Origin: a virus
Lineage: Duplodnaviria; Caudoviricetes
Direction: 5' to 3' (one strand)
IMG/VR virus record: IMGVR_UViG_3300032129_000033
Coordinates: 1-25,211 of that record
Length of the DNA stretch: 25,211 nucleotides
The position numbers and the translations under genes are program-made. Below the pieces are notes generated by a model. The model was not told where the DNA came from. It did not search any database and saw nothing but the letters and a program-made list of their open reading frames with translations. How positions within the stretch are numbered: the stretch's first letter is position 1; the number at the start of each line of letters is the position of its first letter. This document shows, piece by piece, positions 17,221 through 25,211 of the stretch.

Positions 17221-17447
17221 TCACATATGATCTTATCATCAAATTAGAAAGCCAGGGCCTCTTAAAGAAGCTGCTGGGCAAAGGGGTTATCCCCATCCGG
17301 TACCTGAATGACAAGGAAATGTATGAATGTTTTCTTGAGCATCTTGAAATGGGTAAAAACAAAATGGATGCATACCTGGACACATCCATTGATTTCAATT
17401 GCAGTTCCAAAACTGTGGAAAGGGTTGTGATTAAGATGGAGAGTTAA
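17202..17447 (+). CDS. Small helix-turn-helix-like protein, possible transcription regulator, 81 aa
   Basis: ATG at 17202 preferred over 17142 (shorter overlap, A-rich context); C-terminal DAYLDTSIDFNCSSKTVERVVIKM fits an HTH pattern. Confidence 0.6.
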   Translation: MAIEKVITYDLIIKLESQGLLKKLLGKGVIPIRYLNDKEMYECFLEHLEMGKNKMDAYLDTSIDFNCSSKTVERVVIKMES

Positions 17448-17488
17448 CCTTTTACAAATACGTAAACAAAGTAAACAGTAAAAGAAAT

Positions 17489-17800
17489 TTATTTACCCGG
17501 CCTCCATCTTTTAAATTCAGCATCTTTTAGTTTCTGATCAAATGCCTCTTCGTCTTCAGTTTTCCATTTCTCGAAGGGCATATCGCCTCCTGTTTTATCT
17601 AGCCATTCCAGATATTCTACATACATCTTATCGTTGTGCATTTTTATTCGATGAGATTGAATATATGGATTGTCAGCTTTCGTGATACTTTCCTTCTTTT
17701 TCTCCATTTTCCTGATAAGAGGATTGAATATAGCGTTTATCAGTTTTATCCATCCATAGATAAGAACTACGCCAATTAATATACCTAAGATTATTACCAT
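17489..17800 (-). CDS. Antisense single-TM membrane protein (moron-like), 103 aa
   Basis: Only credible minus-strand gene; fills a gap; N-terminal MVIILGILIGVVLIYGWI; ATG at 17800 preferred over the track start at 17818. Confidence 0.75.
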   Translation of the reverse strand: MVIILGILIGVVLIYGWIKLINAIFNPLIRKMEKKKESITKADNPYIQSHRIKMHNDKMYVEYLEWLDKTGGDMPFEKWKTEDEEAFDQKLKDAEFKRWRPGK

Positions 17801-17805
17801 AGTAC

Positions 17806-17813
17806 CAAATATA
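17806..17813 (-). promoter_or_regulatory. Bacteroidota -7 promoter element for the antisense gene
   Basis: TATATTTG on the minus strand matches TAnnTTTG, 5 nt upstream of the ATG at 17800; no clear -33 element. Confidence 0.55.
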
Positions 17814-17818
17814 AACAA

Positions 17819-17889
17819 TTAGACAAAACAGTGTCTAACTTCTTAGAGGTATGTTAATGTAGTTTTACAAAAGTAATATTAAATATTAC
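17819..17889. promoter_or_regulatory. Two perfect inverted repeats (operator-like) upstream of the head genes
   Basis: TTAGACA-N6-TGTCTAA (17819-17838) and GTAATATT-A-AATATTAC (17873-17889). Confidence 0.45.
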
Positions 17890-17895
17890 CTATTA

Positions 17896-19110
17896 ATGAA
17901 GCAATCCTTTCGCGCCTTACCAAATTTTTCCGAACAAAAACACGTCAATGTTGATCGTGAAAATGATCTTATCAAAAATATTGAGATAGCCAAGTACGGG
18001 AGAAATAAGAATGCAAGCTTCTTCGATGATAAGTTTCTCCAGGATCTTGCAAAAAAAGGGAGTGAAGCAACCCAGGGAGTAAAATCCCGATTCGGTCATC
18101 CTAATATGTGTGCCAATTCTTTAGGTACGTATGTAGGTCGATACAAGAATTGGACTTTTAAGGATCAAAAGGTATATGCCGATTTATTCCTGGACCCAAT
18201 CTCTAAGAAAACAGAGGTTGAAGGCAAGGGAATTAAGATGTATGACTACATCATGGATATGGCAGAATCCAATTCTGATATGTTTGGGAACTCCATAGTG
18301 ATTATGGCCGATGATTATCAGAATGAAATCGAGAATGAAGCCGGGGAGATGAAGATGGAGACCGTAAAGGTCATTCAATCGCTGCTTGCTTCAGATCTTG
18401 TTGATGATCCAGCCGCTACAGATGCTTTATTTTCCGTGAACAAAGAAGATTTCGGACTGGTAATGACAGAATTCTTAGATGACAACCCTCAATTTTTTGA
18501 AACCGAACCTGATATCATAGTCGATTTTATCGATCGATATGTGAATTATAATAATCGAAAATCAAATAAATTAAACATGAGTATACTTGAGAAAATGAAA
18601 GCTAAATTCAGCAAAAACAAGGTTGATGAAACCTTTGATGTTGATCTAACCCTGGCTACCGGTGATATTATTACCGTGGTTACAGAAGACGAGCAGCCAA
18701 AAGTTGGTGATGCCGTGAACGATGCTGAAGGATCAGCTGTGCAAGATGGTGATCATCTACTTGCAGATGGGAGTACCATCGTTACAGTAGGTGGACTGAT
18801 TACCGAAATCAAAGAAGCTGAAGAAGAAGAAGTTCCAGCCGATGATGAAGCGGATGATGCGAATTTCGCAGCACTCAACAAAAAATTCGATTCATTCGCC
18901 AAGGATGTTACCGATACGCTAACCCTTATCTCTGACAAATTCAATGCTCAGGAAAAAAGGATCTCCAATTTACAAAAGACCGTAAAATCAAAATCTTTCT
19001 CAGTCCCTTCCAAGGCAGATCGTAAAGGCATTAAATCTGAGGGCGAAGAAGATTTCGCTTCCAAGATTGCCTCTCAGCGTGAAGCACGGGAAGATGCAAA
19101 GAAAAAATAA
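17896..19110 (+). CDS. Putative prohead protease/scaffold protein, 404 aa
   Basis: N-terminal domain with KSRFGHP and SDLVDDPAAT motifs, acidic/coiled C-terminal half, directly upstream of the capsid gene. Confidence 0.65.
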   Translation: MKQSFRALPNFSEQKHVNVDRENDLIKNIEIAKYGRNKNASFFDDKFLQDLAKKGSEATQGVKSRFGHPNMCANSLGTYVGRYKNWTFKDQKVYADLFLDPISKKTEVEGKGIKMYDYIMDMAESNSDMFGNSIVIMADDYQNEIENEAGEMKMETVKVIQSLLASDLVDDPAATDALFSVNKEDFGLVMTEFLDDNPQFFETEPDIIVDFIDRYVNYNNRKSNKLNMSILEKMKAKFSKNKVDETFDVDLTLATGDIITVVTEDEQPKVGDAVNDAEGSAVQDGDHLLADGSTIVTVGGLITEIKEAEEEEVPADDEADDANFAALNKKFDSFAKDVTDTLTLISDKFNAQEKRISNLQKTVKSKSFSVPSKADRKGIKSEGEEDFASKIASQREAREDAKKK

Positions 19111-19141
19111 TCAATCATCAATCAAATAACGAATTAGAAAA

Positions 19142-20206
19142 ATGGATTTAATCACCACGTTCACAGAGATAAACAATAGCGACAGGTTGTTAAGCGACCT
19201 TAGAGAAGCTATTGTGCAGGATGCCATCACACGACCAGCCGACAGCATCTTTACCATTACTCCAGGTATAAAAGGAGGACAGCAAGTGGTTGCACTTAGA
19301 GACCAGGAATATATCACTAAGCAGCAAACAGGTTGTAGCCCAACATTTTCAGCGTTCAATATCAACGGACTTTCTCAAAAATGGAATCCGCGTTCTATGG
19401 ATGTTAGGATCAAAATGTGTTACACTGAATTTGAAGGAGCATTTACCCAATGGGGACTTGCAAACGGTTACGATCGTAGGAATCTTCAGGAAGCCGATTT
19501 TTTTGAGTTCATCAAAGAAATGACCGCAAAGTCCATGGCCAAGGATTTCTTGCGTGTAGCCATCTTCGGAAATAAAGACATCGTTGTGGATGGTACTTTA
19601 GGATTAAATGCTGTAGGTGCTGCAGGGGATTATAATCAGATTGATGCCGGATTATTAAAAACCCTTCAATTATTAAGGGCCAATCCAGAATTGGCAGACC
19701 AGTTTGTGGACATCTCTAAAAATGCAGAAGTGAGCCTTGCAGCTCAAGCACTTGCAGCTGGGGAAGGAAATACTATTTATGATGCCCTGGTTGAGAGCCT
19801 TGAATTTGAAGGCGGAGATTTATTCCTTACCTCCAACACTTTGTTCAAAAACTACAAAAACGAATTCAGAGGAAAACTTTTGGAAAGCGGAGTATCGGCA
19901 ATCCAAAACACATTTGAACCTCAGTTTGACGGAAGAACTCTCGCTGATTTGAAATTTGCTTATGACAGGTATGTCAAGAGGGATTTTCTTCAGGAACCAG
20001 CAGCGGCAGATGCATATCACAACGTGCCTCATTTAGCCGTGATCGCTGATAAATCCAACCTTCAAATTGGGGTGGATGACACAGCGGCACTTACAGATCT
20101 TCGATTGGAGTATGTAGGTGGAGCAGATGAGAATTTCTACATCAAAGCATCGTACTTGATGGATTTCAAAGTCCCTAACCCTTATGCTATAGGAGCCGCT
20201 TTTTAA
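19142..20206 (+). CDS. Major capsid protein, 354 aa
   Basis: Size, position after the scaffold, QQTGCSPTF and KMCYTEFE motifs, C-terminal beta strands (ADKSNLQIGVD, FYIKASY). Confidence 0.75.
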   Translation: MDLITTFTEINNSDRLLSDLREAIVQDAITRPADSIFTITPGIKGGQQVVALRDQEYITKQQTGCSPTFSAFNINGLSQKWNPRSMDVRIKMCYTEFEGAFTQWGLANGYDRRNLQEADFFEFIKEMTAKSMAKDFLRVAIFGNKDIVVDGTLGLNAVGAAGDYNQIDAGLLKTLQLLRANPELADQFVDISKNAEVSLAAQALAAGEGNTIYDALVESLEFEGGDLFLTSNTLFKNYKNEFRGKLLESGVSAIQNTFEPQFDGRTLADLKFAYDRYVKRDFLQEPAAADAYHNVPHLAVIADKSNLQIGVDDTAALTDLRLEYVGGADENFYIKASYLMDFKVPNPYAIGAAF

Positions 20207-20235
20207 GCTCCTCGGCATTATAAAAATATATAGTT

Positions 20236-21090
20236 ATGGAAAATTGCAATATAGGATTAAGCGGAAATTTTAGAAGAATTTGCGGGTATAAGCCTAAGTC
20301 CGGAATAAAAAGAAAGTGGTACGGGAATACCGAAGACATTGACAAAGAAGCTTCAGTGCTTGCCTCTAGAAAAACTAAGGTTACTACTTTGGTTTTGAAA
20401 GCAGGTGCTAAAATATATCGGGCATTTGGAAACGATAAAACACATGGATTAAGTTCCGCAGGTGTTGTAGGCGATTACGTCAATGGATTTACCCACACCG
20501 ATGTTCTGAATATTCTATACCGCGGGGATCAAGAACGTGAAAGAGTTCAGGAGATTGTTGAAGGAGCAAGAGTTTTTTCAATCATTGAAAAAGTAGATGG
20601 CGGAGAGAATGGAGAGCTTGCATTTGAATTAGCAGGATTTGAATCTGGTATGCTATTTAACGCATATGCAAATGATTTCATTGCCAATTCAGGCGTTGCA
20701 ACTCTAACAGTTGCCAGCAAAGCTGGTGAAGAAGAAGGTACTGATGTGAAGCTTTTTCAAGTTACAGATTATGCAACCACTTTAGAGTGGTTGGAAACAA
20801 ATACTTCCGAATCTGATACAACTACCCCAACGGTACCGACAAACTTGATCTCCACAGATACAACAGCTACAACAGCTAACTTGTCCTGGACAGCTTCAAC
20901 CGATGCCGTTGGCGTTACAGGTTATAAAGTCTACCAGGATGGAGTTAATGTCCAGACTGTGGTTGAAACAGTGGCTACAGTTGCAGGCCTCACAGCTTCA
21001 ACAGCATACTCTTTCACCGTGTCGGCTATTGATGCGGCAGGAAATGAATCGGCTCAAAGTGCCTTAGTAGTGGCTACCCCCACTGCTTAA
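20236..21090 (+). CDS. Major tail tube protein with C-terminal fibronectin type III domain, 284 aa
   Basis: N-terminal C..C...SGIK tube-like domain; [11 protein letters not shown]...[21 protein letters not shown]...[22 protein letters not shown] is a clear FN3. Confidence 0.75.
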   Translation: MENCNIGLSGNFRRICGYKPKSGIKRKWYGNTEDIDKEASVLASRKTKVTTLVLKAGAKIYRAFGNDKTHGLSSAGVVGDYVNGFTHTDVLNILYRGDQERERVQEIVEGARVFSIIEKVDGGENGELAFELAGFESGMLFNAYANDFIANSGVATLTVASKAGEEEGTDVKLFQVTDYATTLEWLETNTSESDTTTPTVPTNLISTDTTATTANLSWTASTDAVGVTGYKVYQDGVNVQTVVETVATVAGLTASTAYSFTVSAIDAAGNESAQSALVVATPTA

Positions 21091-21767
21091 TGAGTTTAGA
21101 GGAAAAAATAGAGCTAATTAAAGGCTCCAGTTCTAAAGAAATTTTAAACGGGGGCAGCCATCAAGGTGTGCCCCTTTTAAAATATGTGTTCCAGGTACAC
21201 GAAGAGGTCTTTGGATTCGCTTGTAAAAGTTGCTCAGATCTAATGCCTACCTACATCACAAAAATTCAAAATTTAAACCTTAATAAAGAAGAACTCATGA
21301 GTAAGTCAGAAAGAAAATATCGTTTGAATTCAGGATCGGTTATCAGAATAGCCGGTACCAATACCTATATCTCAGACCTCAACCTAACCGATGAGATTGC
21401 CGAGAAACTTTTAAAGCAAAATCCCAACCGCTCCGTATTGTTCGCCAAAATTCCGGATAAAAAAGCTAAGAAATCAGCGAAAATTGAGAAGGAAAAAGAA
21501 GCCGCGCTTATTGAAGCTGAAAGAATTGAAGCTGAAAAAGTTGCTGCTGCTCTTGCTGAAAAAGAAGCTGAGGAAGAAGAAGCCAAAAGAGTGGCAGATG
21601 AAGCCTCCAAAGCGGATAGTATTAAAAATTTAAAGGTAGTTACAGGTGAAGCTGCAACCCCCGAAGCTAAAACGGATGAGGAATTGACCTTCACAGAACT
21701 TCGGGAGAAATACCCAGAGGTAAAAGCCAGATCCAAAGAAGAATTTTTGAGGGAATTAAAGGCCTAA
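21090..21767 (+). CDS. Hypothetical phage protein with CxxC and a Glu/Ala/Lys-rich helix, 225 aa
   Basis: TAATG coupling to the tail tube gene; CKSC; low-complexity EAEK region. Confidence 0.75.
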   Translation: MSLEEKIELIKGSSSKEILNGGSHQGVPLLKYVFQVHEEVFGFACKSCSDLMPTYITKIQNLNLNKEELMSKSERKYRLNSGSVIRIAGTNTYISDLNLTDEIAEKLLKQNPNRSVLFAKIPDKKAKKSAKIEKEKEAALIEAERIEAEKVAAALAEKEAEEEEAKRVADEASKADSIKNLKVVTGEAATPEAKTDEELTFTELREKYPEVKARSKEEFLRELKA

Positions 21768-21771
21768 TTAA

Positions 21772-22935
21772 ATGGAAAGCAAACTCATATCGGTAGATAG
21801 CCGGAAGAGAAAGGAAGTTTTCAATAAGCAGTTAGGGGTTATTTTCAATGGCGAAGATAACCTCTATCCTGTTTTGGTAGAAAATCTCATAAAATCCAGT
21901 CCCACCACCAAGCAATGTGCAGAGATCTATGAATCTTTCATAGGCGGATCTGGTTTTGTGGCCGATTTGGCGGAGGAACCTACTGATAATTTGCTGGACA
22001 CCAAAACTCCTAGCGATCTTCTTTTTGAAGTTACCCCTGAATTCGCATCATTTCAAGAAGTATGGATCCAGGTGGGCTATAATGCTGCCTTTGAGAAAGT
22101 GGAATTCCATGTTATTCCCGACGAATTTTGCAAAAAAGGCAAAGCCGATGATGATAACTACTCTGGAAGGATCATCGTTAACCCTGATGGATGGGACAGA
22201 AGAGCCGACAAAAAGAAAATCCAGGTATTTGATACTTACAACCCACTTCCTGAGGTAATCCAAGAGCAAGTTGAAAGAGACGGGGGATGGGAAAATTACA
22301 AAGGTCAGATCCTTCATTTCAAATTGAACAATCAGAAAGGCACCTATGCTGAGAGCCTGGTTGAAAACTGCTATATGTTTTCCGATACCGAAGCAAATTT
22401 GGGACTTCACTACAATCGTACCGTTCGCAAAGGATTTAAAGATGCTTGGATTGTGCGACATAAAAAATTCGATAGCAAACCCAAACAGACCAATTTTGAA
22501 ACCAATTTGAAGCAGGTCTACGGAAACGAAAATACCGGTGGGATTTTATTGGTTGAAGATGAATTCAATTCTGAAAATAAAGAGACCAGCAAATTCCAGT
22601 TTGATTTTCTGGAAGACAAAACAAAAGCTGATAAGTACAAACACTTTGAAGAGAGCTCAGCCAATTATATCCGGAAGGCTTTCAAGAATATCCCTCCAGC
22701 CATTGTTGATTTTGTTCCGGGGAAACTTGGAAATTCCTCAGGGGATGATCTGCGGGCCGATGAAAGCTTATATAATAAAGCGACTGCCAAGGATAGGCAG
22801 AAGATTGAGCGGCTTTTTTCCGAATTGTACAGGAACTACCACATAGATATTAATCCTTCCGGAGATTGGAGCATTGGGCTTTATTCTCTAATGGAAGATG
22901 GAACCATAGAAGAAGATGCAGCCATTATTAATTAA
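21772..22935 (+). CDS. Portal protein, 387 aa
   Basis: NGEDNLYP..LIKSSPT..C N-terminus, YGNENTGGILL, IRKAFKNIPPAI motifs; followed by an adaptor-sized gene. Confidence 0.75.
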   Translation: MESKLISVDSRKRKEVFNKQLGVIFNGEDNLYPVLVENLIKSSPTTKQCAEIYESFIGGSGFVADLAEEPTDNLLDTKTPSDLLFEVTPEFASFQEVWIQVGYNAAFEKVEFHVIPDEFCKKGKADDDNYSGRIIVNPDGWDRRADKKKIQVFDTYNPLPEVIQEQVERDGGWENYKGQILHFKLNNQKGTYAESLVENCYMFSDTEANLGLHYNRTVRKGFKDAWIVRHKKFDSKPKQTNFETNLKQVYGNENTGGILLVEDEFNSENKETSKFQFDFLEDKTKADKYKHFEESSANYIRKAFKNIPPAIVDFVPGKLGNSSGDDLRADESLYNKATAKDRQKIERLFSELYRNYHIDINPSGDWSIGLYSLMEDGTIEEDAAIIN

Positions 22936-23431
22936 TAAAACCACCGTTGAGAAATTCCTACAGGTAGCCATTGGCTATAGTACTGTGGAATTTGAACGCT
23001 TCATCCGTGAAGCCCAGGAGTTTGATTTTAAACCCCTGGTGTGTGAGGATTTCTATTATCTCTTGCTTAAGAATAAGGAGATAGATCCTTACGATAAAAT
23101 TTTGATCGGCCAGGAATACTTATATGATGACAAGACCTATTACCATCAAGGCTTGGAGGCTGTGCTATCTTACTTCACATATGCCCGGTTTATATTGAAG
23201 AGCGCTGCCGTGAGTACTTCCCATGGGATAGTTCAAAAGACCACTCCAAACTCCCAACCTTTGAGCCATTCCGAAAAAAAGGATATGTACCACTCCCATC
23301 GGCAGGATGCGAATGCCTTGTTTGCTGATGTGATAAAATATATGGATCGTAAAGAAATCAACTATAAAGACTGTGCTGATTGTGGATATAGTTCCCAACA
23401 GGATATCGTAATAAGAGCCCCAAGATGGTAG
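22916..23431 (+). CDS. Putative head-tail adaptor/connector protein, 171 aa
   Basis: FIREAQEFDFKPLV, GLEAVLSYFTYARF, TSHGIVQK; position after the portal. Confidence 0.6.
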   Translation: MQPLLINKTTVEKFLQVAIGYSTVEFERFIREAQEFDFKPLVCEDFYYLLLKNKEIDPYDKILIGQEYLYDDKTYYHQGLEAVLSYFTYARFILKSAAVSTSHGIVQKTTPNSQPLSHSEKKDMYHSHRQDANALFADVIKYMDRKEINYKDCADCGYSSQQDIVIRAPRW

Positions 23432-25211
23432 TAATTGAATTCATACAAGGCGAAAGCACTTTCAAAATAAACAACACTACCCTGGTACGTAACTTTCACA
23501 GTTATGTTTCCGGCAACAATCTGCGAATCGTAAATGCGTATGATACCAGGAACGAATTATTGCCTTACACACATTTTCAGAATATCTCAGTCAATGGCCA
23601 AACCTATGGATCATCTGTTCAATTAGCTGAGGCGCTTGCTTCGATTTTATTTCTAAAGCTGGGAGGAAGCGATTCTGGAAACTTTCCTGCTTTCAGTGGT
23701 AACATCATTACCAGAACTGTACAGGTTCCCATCGATTGGAGCCTGGAACCAAACGCTCAGGTATTAGATTACATCAATACAAGATCTGAATTCATTGTCG
23801 TAAGTACTGAGAGAATACTACTAAAAGCAACCCGAATTATAGGAGATGTGAATGCTGATAATTCGGCTGAGATACACTTCTGGGAATTCAAGCCGGGTAA
23901 AGGAAATTATGGATCAGCCGGTACACAAATTACCCTGGAGAATATTGAATACACATCCTTCATTACCAGCTTTCAGAAGAATGTACATGAACTGGGAGAG
24001 ATAGGATCTACCCCTATTGAGATATTTATCAATGACAATGGCCCTTACAATATTATACTTTCAAACCTAAATCTTTTCAACGGTACAAGAAATGCAGTTG
24101 CGGTAAATTATATCTATATAGGGAACGAACGGATCATAGGAGAAACCGCAGCCCAAACCATTAACGATAATTTTATCGATGTAAACGCTACACCTGTGGA
24201 AGATCCTACTTCAGGGGCAGTAAAAGGCATTCTAAATGCAGACGGAAGCGAACGAACCAAAGATGCAGATGGGAAGGTTACTCTGTCCGATATAGTAGAT
24301 ACTCTTACTTCGACCTTAGCTACTGCTTCTTTATCTGCAAATCAAGGTAGGATCCTTAAGGATTATATCGATGCAATTAACGCCATCCTATCTTCAGATG
24401 ATACTACCTTGGATGAACTTCAGGAAGTTGTGGCATACATTAAGGCAAACCGGGAAGATCTGGCAAATTTAGGTATTTCAAATATTGCGGGACTGGTGGA
24501 CGCCTTGGAAGGCAAACAGGATCTTATAGCCTACACCCCAGCCAATGATGCAGAGGTGGTGAAAGTAGAGTACCCTGCTTATATTTTTGAAGGTTACACA
24601 GGATATGATAGCGATAATTCTATATCTGAACCTCATTTCACTGAAATGTCAAATGGTAATATTCTAATGATTTATAGAAGTTCTAATGCTTACAACTGGC
24701 ATATTGGTAATGACGGGTATATAGCTGGGAGAATTAGTGGCGACCAAGGAAAGAATTTTGGTAATGAGTTTACCATTTTTGATAATGAGTATGATAACAG
24801 AAACTCTCTTTCTGCTTTATTACCTGATGGAAGGGTTATAGTTATTTTTCGTAATCTAAATATAGTTAGTTCAAGCGAAATGCTTCCTATATCAATGAGT
24901 TATGTAACAAGTTCAGATAATGGTTCTACATGGAGTGCTAAAATAGATATTATAGATGGTTCACAAGGATCACACGTACCTCACGGTAAGATATTGTTCA
25001 GGGGTAATGATTTAGTTTTTACTGCTTATGGAACTGATGCAGGAATCAGGAAAGTGTATCTATGGAAGAGTACTGATAATTTTGCTACGTTACCTACTTT
25101 TACCACGCTTATTACAGACCCAACAGGATTAGTTGCTGAGCCAATAATAGTTGATATACCGAATGGTAAGAGTATCTTATTTGCTAGGAATGGCTCTAGT
25201 GCAATAGGCGT
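23425..25211 (+). CDS. Tail fibre/receptor-binding protein with BNR/Asp-box (sialidase-like) domain; truncated by the window end (>595 aa; absent from the ORF track)
   Basis: Hand translation is open from ATG 23425 to the end; fibre motifs DTLTST..SLSANQGRILK, LDELQEVVAYIK, ISNIAGLVDALEGKQ; Asp-boxes SGDQGKNF (24736), SSDNGSTW (24910) and degenerate STDNFATL (25069). Confidence 0.85.
   Translation, partial: MVVIEFIQGESTFKINNTTLVRNFHSYVSGNNLRIVNAYDTRNELLPYTHFQNISVNGQTYGSSVQLAEALASILFLKLGGSDSGNFPAFSGNIITRTVQVPIDWSLEPNAQVLDYINTRSEFIVVSTERILLKATRIIGDVNADNSAEIHFWEFKPGKGNYGSAGTQITLENIEYTSFITSFQKNVHELGEIGSTPIEIFINDNGPYNIILSNLNLFNGTRNAVAVNYIYIGNERIIGETAAQTINDNFIDVNATPVEDPTSGAVKGILNADGSERTKDADGKVTLSDIVDTLTSTLATASLSANQGRILKDYIDAINAILSSDDTTLDELQEVVAYIKANREDLANLGISNIAGLVDALEGKQDLIAYTPANDAEVVKVEYPAYIFEGYTGYDSDNSISEPHFTEMSNGNILMIYRSSNAYNWHIGNDGYIAGRISGDQGKNFGNEFTIFDNEYDNRNSLSALLPDGRVIVIFRNLNIVSSSEMLPISMSYVTSSDNGSTWSAKIDIIDGSQGSHVPHGKILFRGNDLVFTAYGTDAGIRKVYLWKSTDNFATLPTFTTLITDPTGLVAEPIIVDIPNGKSILFARNGSSAIG

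Larger units (their letters stand above)
1..25211. mobile_element. Segment of a tailed phage/prophage (siphovirus-like, probable Flavobacteriaceae host); both ends lie outside the window
   Basis: Continuous, almost all + strand, translationally coupled genes for replication, terminase, tape measure, capsid, portal and tail fibre; no tail sheath; no housekeeping genes. Confidence 0.95.

Noticed and set aside
20191-20212. AGGAGC/GCTCCT hairpin at the capsid stop as an intrinsic terminator
   Set aside because: Only 6 bp with a 10-nt loop and no following U-tract; at most an mRNA-stabilising element
21365-22846. Several 100-137 aa alternative-frame or antisense ORFs in the 225-aa gene and portal
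   Set aside because: No recognisable motifs, unlike the nested ORF at 1489..2415
1-25211. CRISPR array, diversity-generating retroelement, integrase/att site, rRNA or tRNA
   Set aside because: No repeat-spacer array, reverse transcriptase, recombinase or RNA-gene signature seen by eye; prophage versus free phage cannot be decided from this window

Overview
The whole 25.2 kb window is a segment of a tailed dsDNA phage or prophage, most likely a siphovirus of a Flavobacteriaceae/Bacteroidota host (host-like DnaB N-terminus, TAnnTTTG promoters, no Shine-Dalgarno sequences). No host genes, integrase or att site are visible. Order: orphan DNA methyltransferase, intein-containing SNF2 helicase, replication initiator with candidate origin, DnaB, Vsr-like nuclease, small and large terminase, tail genes with tape measure, one antisense membrane-protein gene, prohead protease/scaffold, major capsid, FN3-bearing tail tube, portal, head-tail adaptor, and a truncated tail fibre with Asp-box (sialidase-like) repeats. 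The standout is the 374-aa intein in the helicase (1338..2459). It has no in-frame endonuclease. Instead, a complete 308-aa zinc-finger/Vsr-like (DUF559-type) endonuclease gene (1489..2415) is nested inside it in the +1 frame. Both frames stay open for 927 nt, and synonymous codon choice suggests selection against stops in the intein frame. All product calls come from motif recognition and gene context, not database searches.
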